Below the pieces are notes generated by a model, which was not told the origin of the DNA, did not search any database, and saw only the letters and a program-made list of their open reading frames with translations. Positions 39,675 to 53,545 of a stretch of 64,000 nucleotides of DNA are shown in pieces. Made by a program: the position numbers and the translations under genes. The DNA comes from Octopus vulgaris (taxonomy: Eukaryota): NCBI GenBank assembly GCA_951406725.2, contig OX597827.1, positions 50,282,001 to 50,346,000 on the forward strand, written 5' to 3'. Each line of letters opens with the position of its first letter. The first letter of the stretch is position 1.

Positions 39675-41447
39675 AAGAGAGGGAGAGAGATAGATAGATT
39701 GAAAGGACGTTGATAATATATTTGGAATTCTTAAAAATCTATGTACGGGTTTCACAATTTCGTGGTTTTGAAAGACAGTGTGACATGGAAAAAGTTGGAA
39801 CAATGCCGCATTAGTCTTGACTCTCATTGGAATTTGAAAATTTGCTCCATTTTATAAAGAGATTATTGTTCAACTCACCTTCAGCTTTGGTACAATTGGT
39901 TAATTGAATCTGGTCAAGAGATCAGATATTAATTATATTTTGCACAAAATGTTAAACTCATGTTAATCTACTGAATGTGACATGTGACAAGATAGATAAC
40001 AATTGTACGTTGTGTGCACGTATTAGATGAACTGGCAGCATAGGTGACATTTGTGCTAAAAATCCAGTTTGTGCTCATCCGGTGAATGTGACATGTGATA
40101 GTAAGAACGACGGATTACTTACGTGTACATTAGTGATATTAATTTAAATTTTAGCGGATGGAACCTTTAATGAAGTAACTCAGATAATTTGTCCCATTTT
40201 GGGAAATATACCAAATCTTTTAAGAAATGACTTGGTCCTATTAAATTACCTCCCGGAAAATATTAACAAAAACACAGCACTCTTATTGTGTCATTTGGTA
40301 TAGTAAACCTCCATACAACTACTCTACATAACTATGGGCTAGAAACAACGGAATTCTGGGTTGAAAAGTTCCCTAAATTAATCCCAGACTAAAGCCATTA
40401 AATCCATTCTGAAAAATAATTTTCCAACTTCAATGGCAGTATTTGATATATTCAAAAATTTTGGACGGTGATGGGAACATGGGTTAGATGACTGCTTTAT
40501 TCTGTGAACCTACGGTCTTGAGCTCATCCTGACACCGAATATCTGATATTATGCACATGTTCCACGCTCTTAAAAGTAATGTTGAGTTGAGTCAAGCTCT
40601 TAGGAAATACACACACAAACATGTTTTGTATTATATGATTTTTTTTATACAAACGTTCATTAAATTAAATAATTACAATTCAGTATTTTCTACGTCCATG
40701 ATTTCAAATATAAAAATATATTATTTCCCATTGATTCAGGTTCTGGACAAACATTTCTTCCTTGAACACTTTTTTTGTTTTGATTTCAGGCCTTAAAGGA
40801 AAAGAAAAATATCAAAAATTTTTTTAAAACTGTGTCTAAATTAATTTTTATTTTTTATTTTTAGGTAAGTAGAAACGCTTTTCCTTTTTAATTCATGGTG
40901 TACACTTCTAAAGCTGGTAAGTCTTTTCAATTACCTTCAAAAAAGAGTTGTTTTGATATATAATTTTAAAGAACAGAACAACTTTTCATTGGTAAAACTA
41001 GATAAATTTTTGTTTTATTACAAAGATATTCCGACAATATTCTTACTATACAAGCACTTTCGTAAAGAAGATAAATACTGGCAGATATTTGTTGATTAAT
41101 TCGCAATACTGACTACAGTATATCGCATTTGAAAGGTTAATGAGAGAGATATTTCTCTGCTCTAACCTAATTTTATGTGTGAATATTTTAAGAAAGATTT
41201 AATATACAGAATATGAGATCTTCCAAACAGTACACATATACATACATACATGTATACATACATACATACATACATACATACATACATACATACATACATA
41301 CATACAAACATACATACATACATACATACACACACACGTATACATACATACATATATATATGTATACATACATATATATATGTATACATACATATATATG
41401 TATGTATATATACGTGTATATATATATATATGTACACACACAGACAG

Positions 41448-41488
<41 letters not shown>

Positions 41489-41507
41489 CAATACGTCTGC
41501 CTGTCGG

Positions 41508-41586
<79 letters not shown>

Positions 41587-41604
41587 CCGTGTGTATGTAT
41601 GTTA

Positions 41605-42075
41605 TTATTCAGTTTTATTTCAAGATGAGCCGGTTTCTAGCCTAGATCCAAGACTCCTTCATTAGAATTTCAACAACATCAATAGGGTATTTTTCTATGT
41701 ATGCATATGTGCAAATTTGTGTGTTTTGTTTTATACATGTATTCTCATGCATATAGTCGCATGTCTAGATATGATCGTATATACTTAAATGATAAACCTC
41801 CGGAAAGTTTTACAAACTTTTACAGCTCCAGTGGTTTCTTGGATCTGTAGTATTCAAATATGCATTCTCCTTTCTGATTTTGAGAAGCGTAATTTCTCAA
41901 GATTGTTATTTAGGAAGTGTGTTACTTATCCCAGTGCCCCAATAATTACAGGTATAAACCTGAACTTGTAATCTGGATAGATTAGCTGTAGATTCCTCAA
42001 TAGTTCACGGTATTTTCTTTTTCACTGATATTTTTCAGTATGTAAACATCCGTTGGGCTGCCGGTTTACACAACT
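41605..42075 (-). mobile_element. RLE-type LINE 3' end
   Basis: ELLRNLQLIYPDYKFRFIPVIIGALG; 3' tail aataaaactgaataa. Confidence 0.7.
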
Positions 42076-42189
42076 GTAACTCAGTTTCCCTTCTCTTACA
42101 TATGTATGTAATGTATGTATGTATGTATGTATGTTTGTTTGTATGTATGTATGTATGTATGTATGTATGTATGTATGTATGTATGTGTG

Positions 42190-42725
42190 CGGTGGTTGTC
42201 TACTCCTGATGCAGAGTCTGACCACCTCATGTACCAACACCTTAGATCCATCATGGCATCTGATGTGGCTTTTTAAACCAGACAATATATTGAAAAAACA
42301 CTCACATAGATTGCATATCTGATTTGGACCACCAGCTGCTGCAGTTAAGTTCTGATCTTTGTGGATCTTAAAATGACTATTGGGGCCTCCGTTAGATTTG
42401 CAGACCTTATGGAATACACGGCATTGAAAAGTGTGAAAGATATATCGGCAGAAGAGTTGGTGGAGGTTCGCTTTTCATGAGTCTGCAAATGAGATTTGAG
42501 ACCAGCAAAAGAAAGGCATGGTCTGTCACAAACTGTCACTGAAATTAACCTTCTCGGTCGCAACTAACTTTTTAAATTCCCTCTTGAGTCTTGCATGTGT
42601 TATCCTGGCCTCCCCAAACGCTTTCACTCTACTTCACACTTTTGATCTCAATCCAGCTATATCCGAAGCAAGGGTTTCTATGGCCTTTGGATCCATTCCA
42701 AATAACTTCATAGTAGTCCTTATAT
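42190..42725 (-). mobile_element. RTE-like LINE 3' end with C2H2 zinc-finger remnants
   Basis: VCDRPCLSFAGLKSHLQTH and a second SGLKSHIRCH. Confidence 0.65.
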
Positions 42726-42728
42726 ATA

Positions 42729-42935
42729 TAAAATTTCTTTCCTGTCAAAATATTTTCGTCGCTTTGAACCAGAGACCTGTTCGCTGACAATACTTCACTA
42801 AAGTAATGCAGCAAGAAGTTTTGTCAGTTAGCACGCACGTACACACACACACACACAAACGCACGCACATTCATTGCCTTTCACTTGTGTGTATGTGTAT
42901 CTATGTGTGTGCGCGAGTGTGTATTGGTGTGTGTA

Positions 42936-42973
<38 letters not shown>

Positions 42974-43447
42974 TGTCAGTTTTGATATCGCTCATTCAAC
43001 TTGATTGAATATATTTTGGCTTAGTAATATAGAATGTTTGGAAACTGTGAATAAGGTGCAAGAGTACTTGTCGGTAACTTTTCTTTTCGTCTTCTAACAG
43101 TAATTACCCAACTTTCTAGGCTCTTCTCACAGCTACCCCACGTTCAAAATTTATACGGGTTTTCAAAAAAAAAAAAAATTCATCCAGTAAATAATGTTTC
43201 TACATTGCGTATACATTAATAGAAAAAACTATCAGGTTTCTAAATAGAGAATAAAAACTTAAAAGAGAAAGTGAGAGACTTTGCAAATGAAAATGGAATA
43301 TTCCCGGTGAATGCAATGAATATTTAAATCTGCGAGAAATTGGAGCTAAAAAATTCAATGAAATTGAGAAATCGAAATTATGTTCTTAGAACATAAATTT
43401 ATATAAATATTTCCAAACGGTCAACCCTTTGATAGTTTCTTTCTTTT
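42729..43447 (+). repeat. Left arm of a ~700-bp inverted repeat
   Basis: Diverged reverse complement of 47764-48445. Confidence 0.85.
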
Positions 43448-44009
43448 GGTACTTTTAGTAATTGTTACATACCTACTTAAATAAGCAGCTTTCTCCATCA
43501 GTCTGGAAGAATCAAAATGTGTCAAGAATGTAATTTTATGAGGATACCTTTCCTGATGAATGAGACATTGTCCGCATGATTTGTAAGATTTTTTTATCAA
43601 TTTTTTTACCAGGACATGAACTCTGGAAACGACCATAGAGAGTAGACTTCTACTAGAAAGTAGATTTCTTCTAGAAAGTAGAAAGTATTATATATCTAAT
43701 ATACCATTTATATATTTTAAAAAGAAAAACATCGATTTCTATGGATCTTTATATTTTAACTCTTAACCGCTCTTACTTTCAGAACAAAAAAAAAAATCAT
43801 CCGTTCCCTTTTTCTCACACTTCCTTCTATAGTACACAACGTGGGTTTTATTTACATGTATGTTTCTGTATATTTATATTTATATTTTATAAATATTTAA
43901 AAAAAATATTCCTATGTGTCGATATGTATTAATATATGTATGCGCATTTTAAGTCGAATTTATAACTGTATAAGTATGATTAACTAAATTGAATATATAT
44001 CTTAATTCT

Positions 44010-44049
<40 letters not shown>

Positions 44050-44275
44050 TCGGCTCAAGATTGTAAGGTCGTGAGTACAATTCCACCCTGTGCATTGTGT
44101 CCTTCACCAAGACACTTTATTTTACATTGCTCCAGCTGGCAAAAGTGAGTACTACTTGTATTTCAAAGGGCCAGCTCTGTCACACATTGTGTCACGCTGA
44201 ATCGCCCTGAGAACTACGATAAGTGTACACGTGTCTGTGGAGTGCACGTTAATTTCACGTTAATTTCGCGAGCAA
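44050..44275 (+). mobile_element. SINE (15668-type), partial
   Basis: gtaaggtcgtgagtacaattcc...gtcacgctgaat...gagaactacg. Confidence 0.7.
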
Positions 44276-44680
44276 TCTCTTTCTAGTGTTTTAAGAGGAA
44301 GCATTTTGATGTTGTGAGATAGATATCGAACTAGGTGAAATTGCAGATTGCTTTATTACAATTACTATCTACCCATTTTTACTCATAACGAGTGAATTGA
44401 GGCTATAGAAAATTACATTTTCCCAAGACTACACGCAGTAGGAAGGAATTCGGGAACCCATGGTTGCAAATCGAAGTTCATAACCATTTGGCTATTATTC
44501 TCTAACGCATAAGCGAACGCGTACACAACAAAATATGCATATCATGTTTGTGAATGCGCGTATGTACTTTTCTCTTTCTCTCTTCTTCTTTCTAAACACA
44601 CACACACACACACACACACAAGTATGAAGCTGAGACTTTCTGCGTGAATCAAACTAATTTTTATCCCGAATCTTATATAT

Positions 44681-44716
<36 letters not shown>

Positions 44717-44801
44717 ATTAGGGAGTATGGCTCCAAACGTACAGGGAAAAATTAGATTTAGGATCACATCAAATTTCACAGTATTAATATATAAAATATA
44801 A

Positions 44802-45075
44802 AATATGAATTAGAGATAAAACCACTACTTATATTATATTTATTATATTATTCTTAGATTATTATTATATTATATTATATTTACTTATTATATTATATTT
44901 ATCATTCTTTTTATACTTTTTGGAAAGCAAAATTTGTTTTTTAAATTTTAATTTTATATATATATATATATTATGTATTATATTAATTATATTTATATTA
45001 TTTGTTATTTATGTATTGGTTTATGGCTATGACTGTTTGAGTTACCTAATAGTGGTTTTATCTCTAATTCATATT
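44802..45075. repeat. 26-bp inverted repeat around an AT-rich spacer
   Basis: aatatgaattagagataaaaccacta / tagtggttttatctctaattcatatt. Confidence 0.75.
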
Positions 45076-45109
45076 ATATATATATTTATATAATAAAAAT
45101 CCCGTTCTC

Positions 45110-45164
<55 letters not shown>

Positions 45165-45648
45165 TCAACTGATTTTCTTCAAACATACATCACTTATATT
45201 CCAGGGATAGTTTTAGATTCTTAAAAGTTTTCACATAAGTAACGGGCAGAAATCACATATTTCTGGGTTACGTGGACAAGTAACTCTGCGAAGTAACTTT
45301 TAGATTGTTTCCCTAATATCAATTGCTCAAAAAACTTATCACAATCTCATCTAATATATTAAATAGAGATGTGTGTGCATTCGCTTTTCGCTCGAAAATG
45401 GCTTCACCAATTGCTTCCATACTTTTGATGCGTGAATAATTTGACTTCGGACACACGTTAAGCACTTTATTTTTTTTTGTTAGAAGTAAAAAATATTGCT
45501 GTTTGTATTACATTCACATCTTTAAAAGTGTTTTAAAATATTTACTTCCAGTTTTCTAGCGTCAGTGATGTGTATATATCTCTCTATCCATATCTCTCTA
45601 TCCATCTCACTCTATCTATCTTTATCCATCTCTGTCTATCTCTCTGTC

Positions 45649-45743
<95 letters not shown>

Positions 45744-45745
45744 GC

Positions 45746-45776
<31 letters not shown>

Positions 45777-45945
45777 CCTATATCTATCTTATTTGTCTAA
45801 CTAGGTAGCTCTCTCTCTCTCTCTCTACATCACACTCACTCTCTATTGTTTTCAGTTTCATTTTCCAGACTCTTTTTTGTTTTCACTTTAAGTTCAATCG
45901 CTATTGTTTTCCCTGTAAGACTTCAATCGCTTTTACAAACAACAA

Positions 45946-46011
<66 letters not shown>

Positions 46012-46022
46012 CATCATCATCA

Positions 46023-46080
<58 letters not shown>

Positions 46081-46084
<4 letters not shown>

Positions 46085-47666
46085 TAGTTTTATTTTTATT
46101 TTTATAGCGTGCTTTCACTTCACTACCGAGCACAGCTCTGTGTGCCTTGGGTTTGTGCTGTGATTTGTTGTGATGCTCTGATGGTTATTGTATGGAAAGT
46201 GTTCTGCGTAGGATGTGTGCAGTGCCCAGTAGTGCAATTTTCTGTATGTTATATGTGTTTGTAAGTCCTGGTGTTTTTGTTATGTATTTGTCTGAATATT
46301 TTTTTATCATGCCTAATGCACCTACTATGATAGGAATTGTTTCTGTTTTCAGATTCCACATTCTAGTTACCTCTATTTCCAGGTCTTTGTATTTTGAGAG
46401 TTTCTCCATTTCTTTTAGAGACACGTTGTCATCTGCCGGTACTGATACATCAATTAGAAAGCATTTTTTTCTTCATGGTCTCTGACAACTATATCTGGTC
46501 TGTTGGCCTTAATTTCTCTATCTGTGTGTATCGGCATATCCCAGAGTATGGTTGCTTTCTCGTTTTCTGTGACCTTTTCTGGTGTGTGCCTATACCATCT
46601 TTTTTCTGTTGTTATTCCATAATGTTGGCATAGCTTCCAATGTATGTAAGTTCCAACTCTGTCATGTCTGTGAATATATTCCTTCTTAGCCAGGACTGGG
46701 CAGCTAGAGATAATATGATTTATTGTTTCTTGTCCATCTCCACATATTCTGCAGTTACTTGTAATATTTCTTTTCATTACATGTTTTTGGTAATTTCTGG
46801 TGGGGAGGCTTTGGTCTTGTGCTGCAATTAAAAATCCCTCTGTTTCTGCTTTGAGTCCTGAGCTTCTCAACCATTGCTGGGATTTTTCTTTGTCTATTTC
46901 TTTTGCGTTTAGTTTAGTCCAGTATTTACCATGAAGGGGCTTTTCTTGCCATCGTTTTATCATGGTTCGTTGCTGTTCTATTTTTAGTTTGGATTTCATT
47001 TTTTTTATAGCTTTTGTTGTTTCTTCATCTTCTTCTTCTTCTTCATGTTTATTAGGTGGTATGATTTCTTGTTTGTATTTGTCAGCTTCCTTAAATACTG
47101 AGAACAGTTTTTTGTTTTGCTCGTGTTTTGCCGCTATCTGGATCAGTTTTCCTTCCTTCTGAAGTAGATATTTTTGCAGTCCTATGGTGGTTATTTTATA
47201 GTAGTTTTCCAGCTGTATAAGGCCTCTACCACCTTCTATACGTTGTATATATAGTCTTTCTATGTCAGATTTTGGGTGATGCATCCTAGATCCTGTCATT
47301 ATTTTTCTTGTTTTCCTGTCTATTTTGGTCAGTTCATTTCGTGTCCAGTTAAGGATATTGTAGCTGTAACTTATAACTGGGACAGCTAAAGTGTTGATAC
47401 CTATTATCTTGTTTTTAGCATTGAGCTCTGTGTTTAGTATTGATCTAACTCGTCTATAATATTCTTTTTTTATTTTCTCTTTCATTTGTGTGTGTTGTGT
47501 CTTATCTAGTTCATGGATTCCTAAGTATTTGTAAGTTTGGCTTTGGTCTAATTCTTTTATTTCATTTGCTTCATCTAGTGTGATGTTGTTACTCTTAACT
47601 AGTTTTCCTCTTTTCATGGTTACTTTGGCGCATTTTTCTAATCCAAATTTCATATCTATTTCTTTG

Positions 47667-47668
<2 letters not shown>
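46081..47668 (-). mobile_element. Dong/R4-like LINE family A, young 5'-truncated copy in (TAA)n
   Basis: Open frame of ~400 aa (FGLEKCAK, YKYLG, CRICGDGQETINHIISSC, RHD, RPDIVV) plus the RLE end after one frameshift near 46465; (TTA)n on both sides. Confidence 0.95.
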
Positions 47669-47710
<42 letters not shown>

Positions 47711-47763
47711 CACCATCAATTAATTAATATATTAATTAAATGTATTTATACATATAATTATCT

Positions 47764-48445
47764 AAAAGAAAGCAATTGTTAAAGGGTTGACCGTTTGGAA
47801 ATATTTTTTTATCAATTTATCCTCTAAGAAATTTTCTATAATTTCGATTTCTGAACTTTATTGAATTTTTTAACTCCAATTTCTCGCAAATTTAAATATT
47901 CATTACATTCACTGGGGAATATTCCATTTTCTCGTGCAAAGTCTCTCTCTTGCTCTTTTAAGCTTTCATTCTCTATTTGGAAAACCGATAGTTTATTCTA
48001 TTAATGTATATGTAACGTAGAAACATTATTTACTGAATGAAAATTTAAAAAAAATATCCGTATAATTTTTGAACGTGGGATAGCTGTGAGAAGAGTCTAG
48101 AAAGTTGGGTGATTACTATTAGAAGAGAAGAAAAAAGTTACCGACAAGTACTAGAAACTTGCACCTTATTCACAGTTTCTAAACATTTTATAGCACTAAG
48201 CCAATATATACACAAACACGTTGCATGAGCGACTTCAACAGTGATACACACACACTTTAATACACTCTCGCGCACACACATAGATACACATACACACAAA
48301 TGAAAGGCAATGAAAAAGTGTGTACGTGTGTTTATGTATGTGTGTGTGTGCGTGCGTTCTCACTGAGAAAACTACGTGCTGCATCACTTTTGGTGAAGTA
48401 TTGCCAGTGAAAACTACGAATATAATTTGACAGAAACGAAATTTT
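47764..48445 (-). repeat. Right arm of the ~700-bp inverted repeat
   Basis: e.g. aaagggttgaccgtttggaaata vs tatttccaaacggtcaacccttt at 43408. Confidence 0.85.
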
Positions 48446-49338
48446 AATGCTATTTTCTACGAAATTCTTGGGGAAGGAGCCAGTCGATTAGATCGACTCC
48501 TCTATGATACTTGATTTATCGACCCCGAAAGGATGAAAGGTAAAGTCGTCTTCGGTAGGTGAAATTTTAATGCTGAAGTGAAACTGATAATACTTTAATA
48601 CAGAGGTCCCTGCATGTGTATGCAAATATAGTATTGGTATATGCCATTTATGTTCATTAGAAATTAAATAAAGAATTTTGACTGTATGAATATTTATCTC
48701 TCCCACTGTACGTATATAGGTACATTTACTTGTTAGTTACTGTGAATAATCCTTATATATGTAACTTCAAATTTGGTTACTCCTGAAAAACTAGTAATAT
48801 TATTGTAGCCTAACTGTATATCATTGTGGTAATATAGGTTGTAGTTATTGTAGCTTTAAGTTTCTCTTCATATTTATTACGGAAGTCTCCCTCAGATAAA
48901 CTAAATAAATAAAGAACATTTTTTGTTAGTTACTTTAACCAGAATAACTTTAAATAAGAGAAGACTTGTTATATATTACCAACGTAATATATTATCCTTT
49001 ATATTTATTTACACGTTTTATTACAGTCTCTAGATTAAGTTAGACCCTGACACTTAATTCATACACTTATATATTGTTGTTGTATGTTATCAAAATAGCC
49101 AAATTGTCTTCGACTTAAACGAATTTGGATTAATATTATTTGAGATAAATAGAAATATATTTCGATAGTTGTAGATTCTATTTACTTAATTATTTTGTCC
49201 GTTATAATTTTGTTGTTTTTAATTGTAATTGTTATGTAGTTGGAAGGTCAACACTCACGCTCCTAAACATAGGCATTTGAGTTAATTGTTTTACAATCCA
49301 GCCGTCCTTTCACACGGAATTTCGTCTGTCTAAACCAA

Positions 49339-49419
49339 AGCTCTGAAGAGACTTATATAAATAGAAGTGAATTGTTTGTACATAAAATAATGTATATAAG
49401 TCGAAACAAATTGCTGACT
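49339..49419 (+). ncRNA. Degenerate hammerhead motif
   Basis: CTGAAGA-gacttatata/tatataagtc (10-bp stem II)-GAAAC; cleavage triplet and stem I eroded. Confidence 0.55.
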
Positions 49420-49513
49420 ATTTTTGTTTTTTAATGATTTTTCATAGTATATTATGTTATATTGTAATATAAATAAATTATAGGATTGTCAATTGAATCT
49501 ATCTAATTTATTG

Positions 49514-49571
<58 letters not shown>

Positions 49572-49778
49572 GGTGTATGTGTGTGTGTGTGTGTTTGTGT
49601 GTGTGTGCGTGCGTATACATATATATGTATGTATATATGTATATATATACATAATGGGTTATAAAACGAATGGTTTACACCTGGTAGCTTACTGGTAATG
49701 CACTGCCACTTTCACAGTGATCGTTATGTATATGGCAAATGAAAGACGGAAGATAGCATATACGAGAATTTATTATTA

Positions 49779-49884
49779 ATTACGACAGTTGTTTCGACAC
49801 ATCTAGCATCGAATCCTCATGTGTAGGACACTGAATAACTGGTTCAGGAGCATGCGGCGGTGCAGATGTCTCTCATCGGGTGAT
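49779..49884 (-). ncRNA. Degenerate hammerhead motif with long stem II
   Basis: atcac-CCGATGA-gagacatct...agatgtgtc-GAAAC-aact-GTC-gtaat. Confidence 0.6.
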
Positions 49885-50070
49885 AAATAAATAAAACTCG
49901 TTAAAATAATTGGTGCGTCACAGAAAGAAAAGCAGGCAAACAAAGAAAATATCTTCATTTATACAGATAAAAAATAAATCAAAAATAAAGTCACATATAG
50001 CAAAAAGAGAAACGAAGACGCAATCCAGCGAGAAAAGAATTTGCCCTTGTGGCAAAAATTTGAAATAAAA

Positions 50071-50120
<50 letters not shown>

Positions 50121-50123
<3 letters not shown>

Positions 50124-50629
50124 TGATTGGAAGTGTTATCATGTACATTGTTTTGTCTTGGTATAAAAGATGGGCTACAGCAAATATTCTGCTCAATACC
50201 ACAGATTTGCTTGTCAGTTGTTTGACCTTAACCAGTTGAGCATGTCTCTTAGTAGCTGACGATATGTGCATCTCTGATCACGAGCAGAAGTAGTGGGGGA
50301 GCATCATAGCCATGTGTTGAGAGGGATTCTTTGGGGTTTGAATAGTTCACCTCTGGAAACATGGGTGGTTCTTTCAACATCCTTAAACAACCCTTATTCA
50401 GGGACCGTTTGAGCGGGATGGGCTACTCAACCTGAAGAAAATTCTAACTGGGCCCCACCTGCAAGGTCATGTGCTGTTTATCTTGATATGAGATCACCAT
50501 GTCGCGCACATATGGTTGTGATGCATGTGCCTGGTGTACCTTTATCAGACGGGTAGTCATGATGGGTATATTGGGCTTCGTATATTTTACCCAAGTGTCA
50601 CTTTGATGGTATGAACTGCTCTCTCACTC
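50121..50629 (+). mobile_element. (TAA)n-associated retroposon, 5'-truncated young copy
   Basis: Near-identical to 16528-17026; (TAA)n on both sides. Confidence 0.88.
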
Positions 50630-50680
<51 letters not shown>

Positions 50681-50879
50681 TATTATTATTATTATTAAAG
50701 CGGTGAGCACGTTAGCACGCCGGACGAAATGCTTAGCGGTATTTCGTCTGTCCTCATGTTCTGAGTTCAAATGCAATGTATTAATATATTTAGTTTATGT
50801 AAATGTGTATATGCAATAAATTGTTATACATTCGGAAATATTTATAGCTTTTAAGTGTTTTAGTATTCTAAAATTCTGT

Positions 50880-52150
50880 TACTACGATAGGAGTAATTTT
50901 TGAATGTCCATGATATTATTGAAGACTAGAGAATAAAATCTTCATTTGAGTTAAGATGCAACACTGAAGAAGTTTTATCGATATTTTAAGGGTTTGCGGG
51001 CGACAGAACTTCCATATTAAAAGACGTATTGATTGACTTTGAATAAGGGTTGATAACGAGTTATCAGCATTTTTGTTCAGGATTTTAAAAGTATCTGTAT
51101 TCGTGTGTATGTGTGTGCCTTTGTATGTACGTGTGGTGTATTGATAAAATGTTTTCAAGGAATGAGTGGTTAAACCTATTCAAGAAATTAAGGTCGAGAT
51201 GGGGTGACTGACCGTCGCACAATAAAACAAAACTCTGGCAATACAGTTTTCTTCTAATGGAGAATTGTTGGTGTTGATGCACTAAAAATTGGATGTGTTT
51301 TACTTGAGAAGCTAGAAATTTTAGTTTTGATATTTTTGGATATGTTTATGCTTAATGATTTTTGATTACCGAGCTTGTGATATTTGTGGTTTAGTGGGAA
51401 ATACTGCAGTAATTTTGTTTTTAATTTTGTCTGCAAGTATTAAAACTTTATAAGTTGAACGACAGATTATACCGGATTATACCAACGTTCACATAGAATT
51501 CGTTTATGTTCGATAGTTATTAAAACTATATTCTTTTGGTTATGGTTTACCGTTTTTGTGTTGCCGTGCTACTGAGTAATTCGTTATAATGCTTAAATGG
51601 GTCCAATGGAAAATATAGTATACAGCCTTTAAGATACATTTATATCTACATTTTTAATAACACTATTGGGCTGTCTGCATATTTCGAAAATATATTGAAG
51701 CATTTTATTTGATTTTTATAAGGTGCATATTGAGAGATGTCTTGCTTTATAATAACTTCACAAATATAGTCGAATTGTTATGTGAGCGTCAGTTTTACTA
51801 GAGAAAATTACACTTTGAAAAGATTATGGAGTTTCTTAAGAGTAATCTATCAGTAGTTTTTAGATTGAAGCTACTTAATAATAGCAAACGGTTGTCTCGA
51901 TATAAACCAGCGGAGATTATTGGATGTCTTTCAAGCAAGAATATAATCCTCGAGAAGTTTCCGTAGGAAGCATTTCGGTAAACTTTATTTTAAAAACAGT
52001 AGCTTTTTTCATTGGAATGCATATCTATTATTGCACTATTTGAAGGACAGTATATATTTATAAAGTCCTCTTTAATACAAAAAAAGCTTATTTATTAATA
52101 TAGACATTTTTTTTTATATGGAAACAAGTTTGAAAGCTCAATATGAGAAC
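50880..52150 (-). mobile_element. Penelope-like element RT + GIY-YIG remnant, heavily degraded
   Basis: AGLYRDN (YRDD-like) near 51900, YFPLNHKYHK, SPLEENCI...FYCATV, NSLSTLI...IWK. Confidence 0.65.
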
Positions 52151-52427
52151 TTTTCAAGATGACAAATTTTGTAGTTTCTCTCTAATTAGAGTTTTATAAA
52201 GAATGATAGAAACGGACATTTGTCATTTATAAATATGTTAGGGGTGGCAAAAAGAGAGCAGTTGATTTAATGGGGCGAATAGAAATTATTATAATAATAA
52301 TGACTAAAGTGGGATTACTCTCGATATATGACTAATGGGAAAAGAAATAATGAGATATGACCATATACGGGCTGAAGGGTGTGCGGAAATAGTGTGCATT
52401 GTGGAAAAGTAATATACATGCGATTAA

Positions 52428-52554
52428 AGAAATACTTTAACGGTTCAAGAAATTATAAAACAAACCCCATAAATTTGAAAAATGTTAGAGAAATACTTTA
52501 ACGGTTCAAGAAATTATAAAACAAACCTCATAAATTTGAAAAATGTTAGAGAAA
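52428..52554. repeat. 61-bp tandem duplication
   Basis: agaaatactttaacggttcaag...aaaaatgttag twice, one mismatch. Confidence 0.9.
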
Positions 52555-53104
52555 AATGAGAAAAAGTGGCTCTATAAATTTACGGCTGGGCTCTTATTGC
52601 TCAATGTTTATAGATTTTAAATGATTTTCATTTTAGTTTAAAAATCGTAAAAATTCAGCTTCTGTAAAAAGATGCAAAACTTGTATTTTTATGGCTAACT
52701 TCAAATAATGTTTGAAGTTAGACATTTGTGTCTATTAAACAAAATTTTCCCAGTTTTTAAATTCAGATTATTTGAACGAATTAACAACTAAACCTATATA
52801 TAAACTGAGTTTCTCCTAAGTTGATATTCGCCCGAAAGTATATTTAAACTAGACAACACTCAGTATGTACATTACAAAAACCAAATAAACAAGTTCAATG
52901 TCATTTTCAAAATATCCATACAACTCAATAGTATTACTAAAAAATTAATAATTAGCCGTTCAAAAATTCAGACGCAATCTAGTATATTTATTGACTTGTT
53001 TTTAATACGCTTTCATATATACATTTGTGCATACATTTTTCACTAACGAAATTCCATAATGAGTAGCATTATCTTAAGATTGAATGTTACGGATTTATCT
53101 CTTT

Positions 53105-53332
53105 TCCTGCTTGTATATGTTTGTGCGTCTGTGCTTGTCTCCCCAACATCGCTTGACAACCGATGCTGATGTGTGTTTAAGTCCCTGTAATCTAGTGGTT
53201 CGACAAAAGAGCACCGATAAATAAATAAATAATAGGCTTACAAAGAATAAGTCCTGGGGTCGATTTGCTCGACTAAAAGGTGATGCTCCAGCATAGCCGC
53301 AGTCAAATGACTGGAACAAATAAAAGAATGAA
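53105..53332 (+). mobile_element. SINE family 1, 3' half
   Basis: Matches 440-640. Confidence 0.8.
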
Positions 53333-53498
53333 CGAATATATATTGGGAAGCGCTCAGTCTTATCAGTAAAGGTGCGAAACTGAATATTGCCAAATGGTCG
53401 ATAACTGATGAAGAATTACGGACATTCTGTTTGTCTCCCGTTCACTTTTACATTCAGCACATGTTATGTCGTTTGTTTATTTACCACACATTCTTTTC

Positions 53499-53545
<47 letters not shown>

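Noticed and set aside
50295-50430. Patchy resemblance of the 556-bp element to LSU rRNA domain V
   Set aside because: Only scattered matches by eye; universally conserved peptidyl-transferase and sarcin-ricin motifs are absent
53370-53415. GAAAC...GTC...CTGATGA as a permuted hammerhead
   Set aside because: Stem I is too short and stem II does not pair
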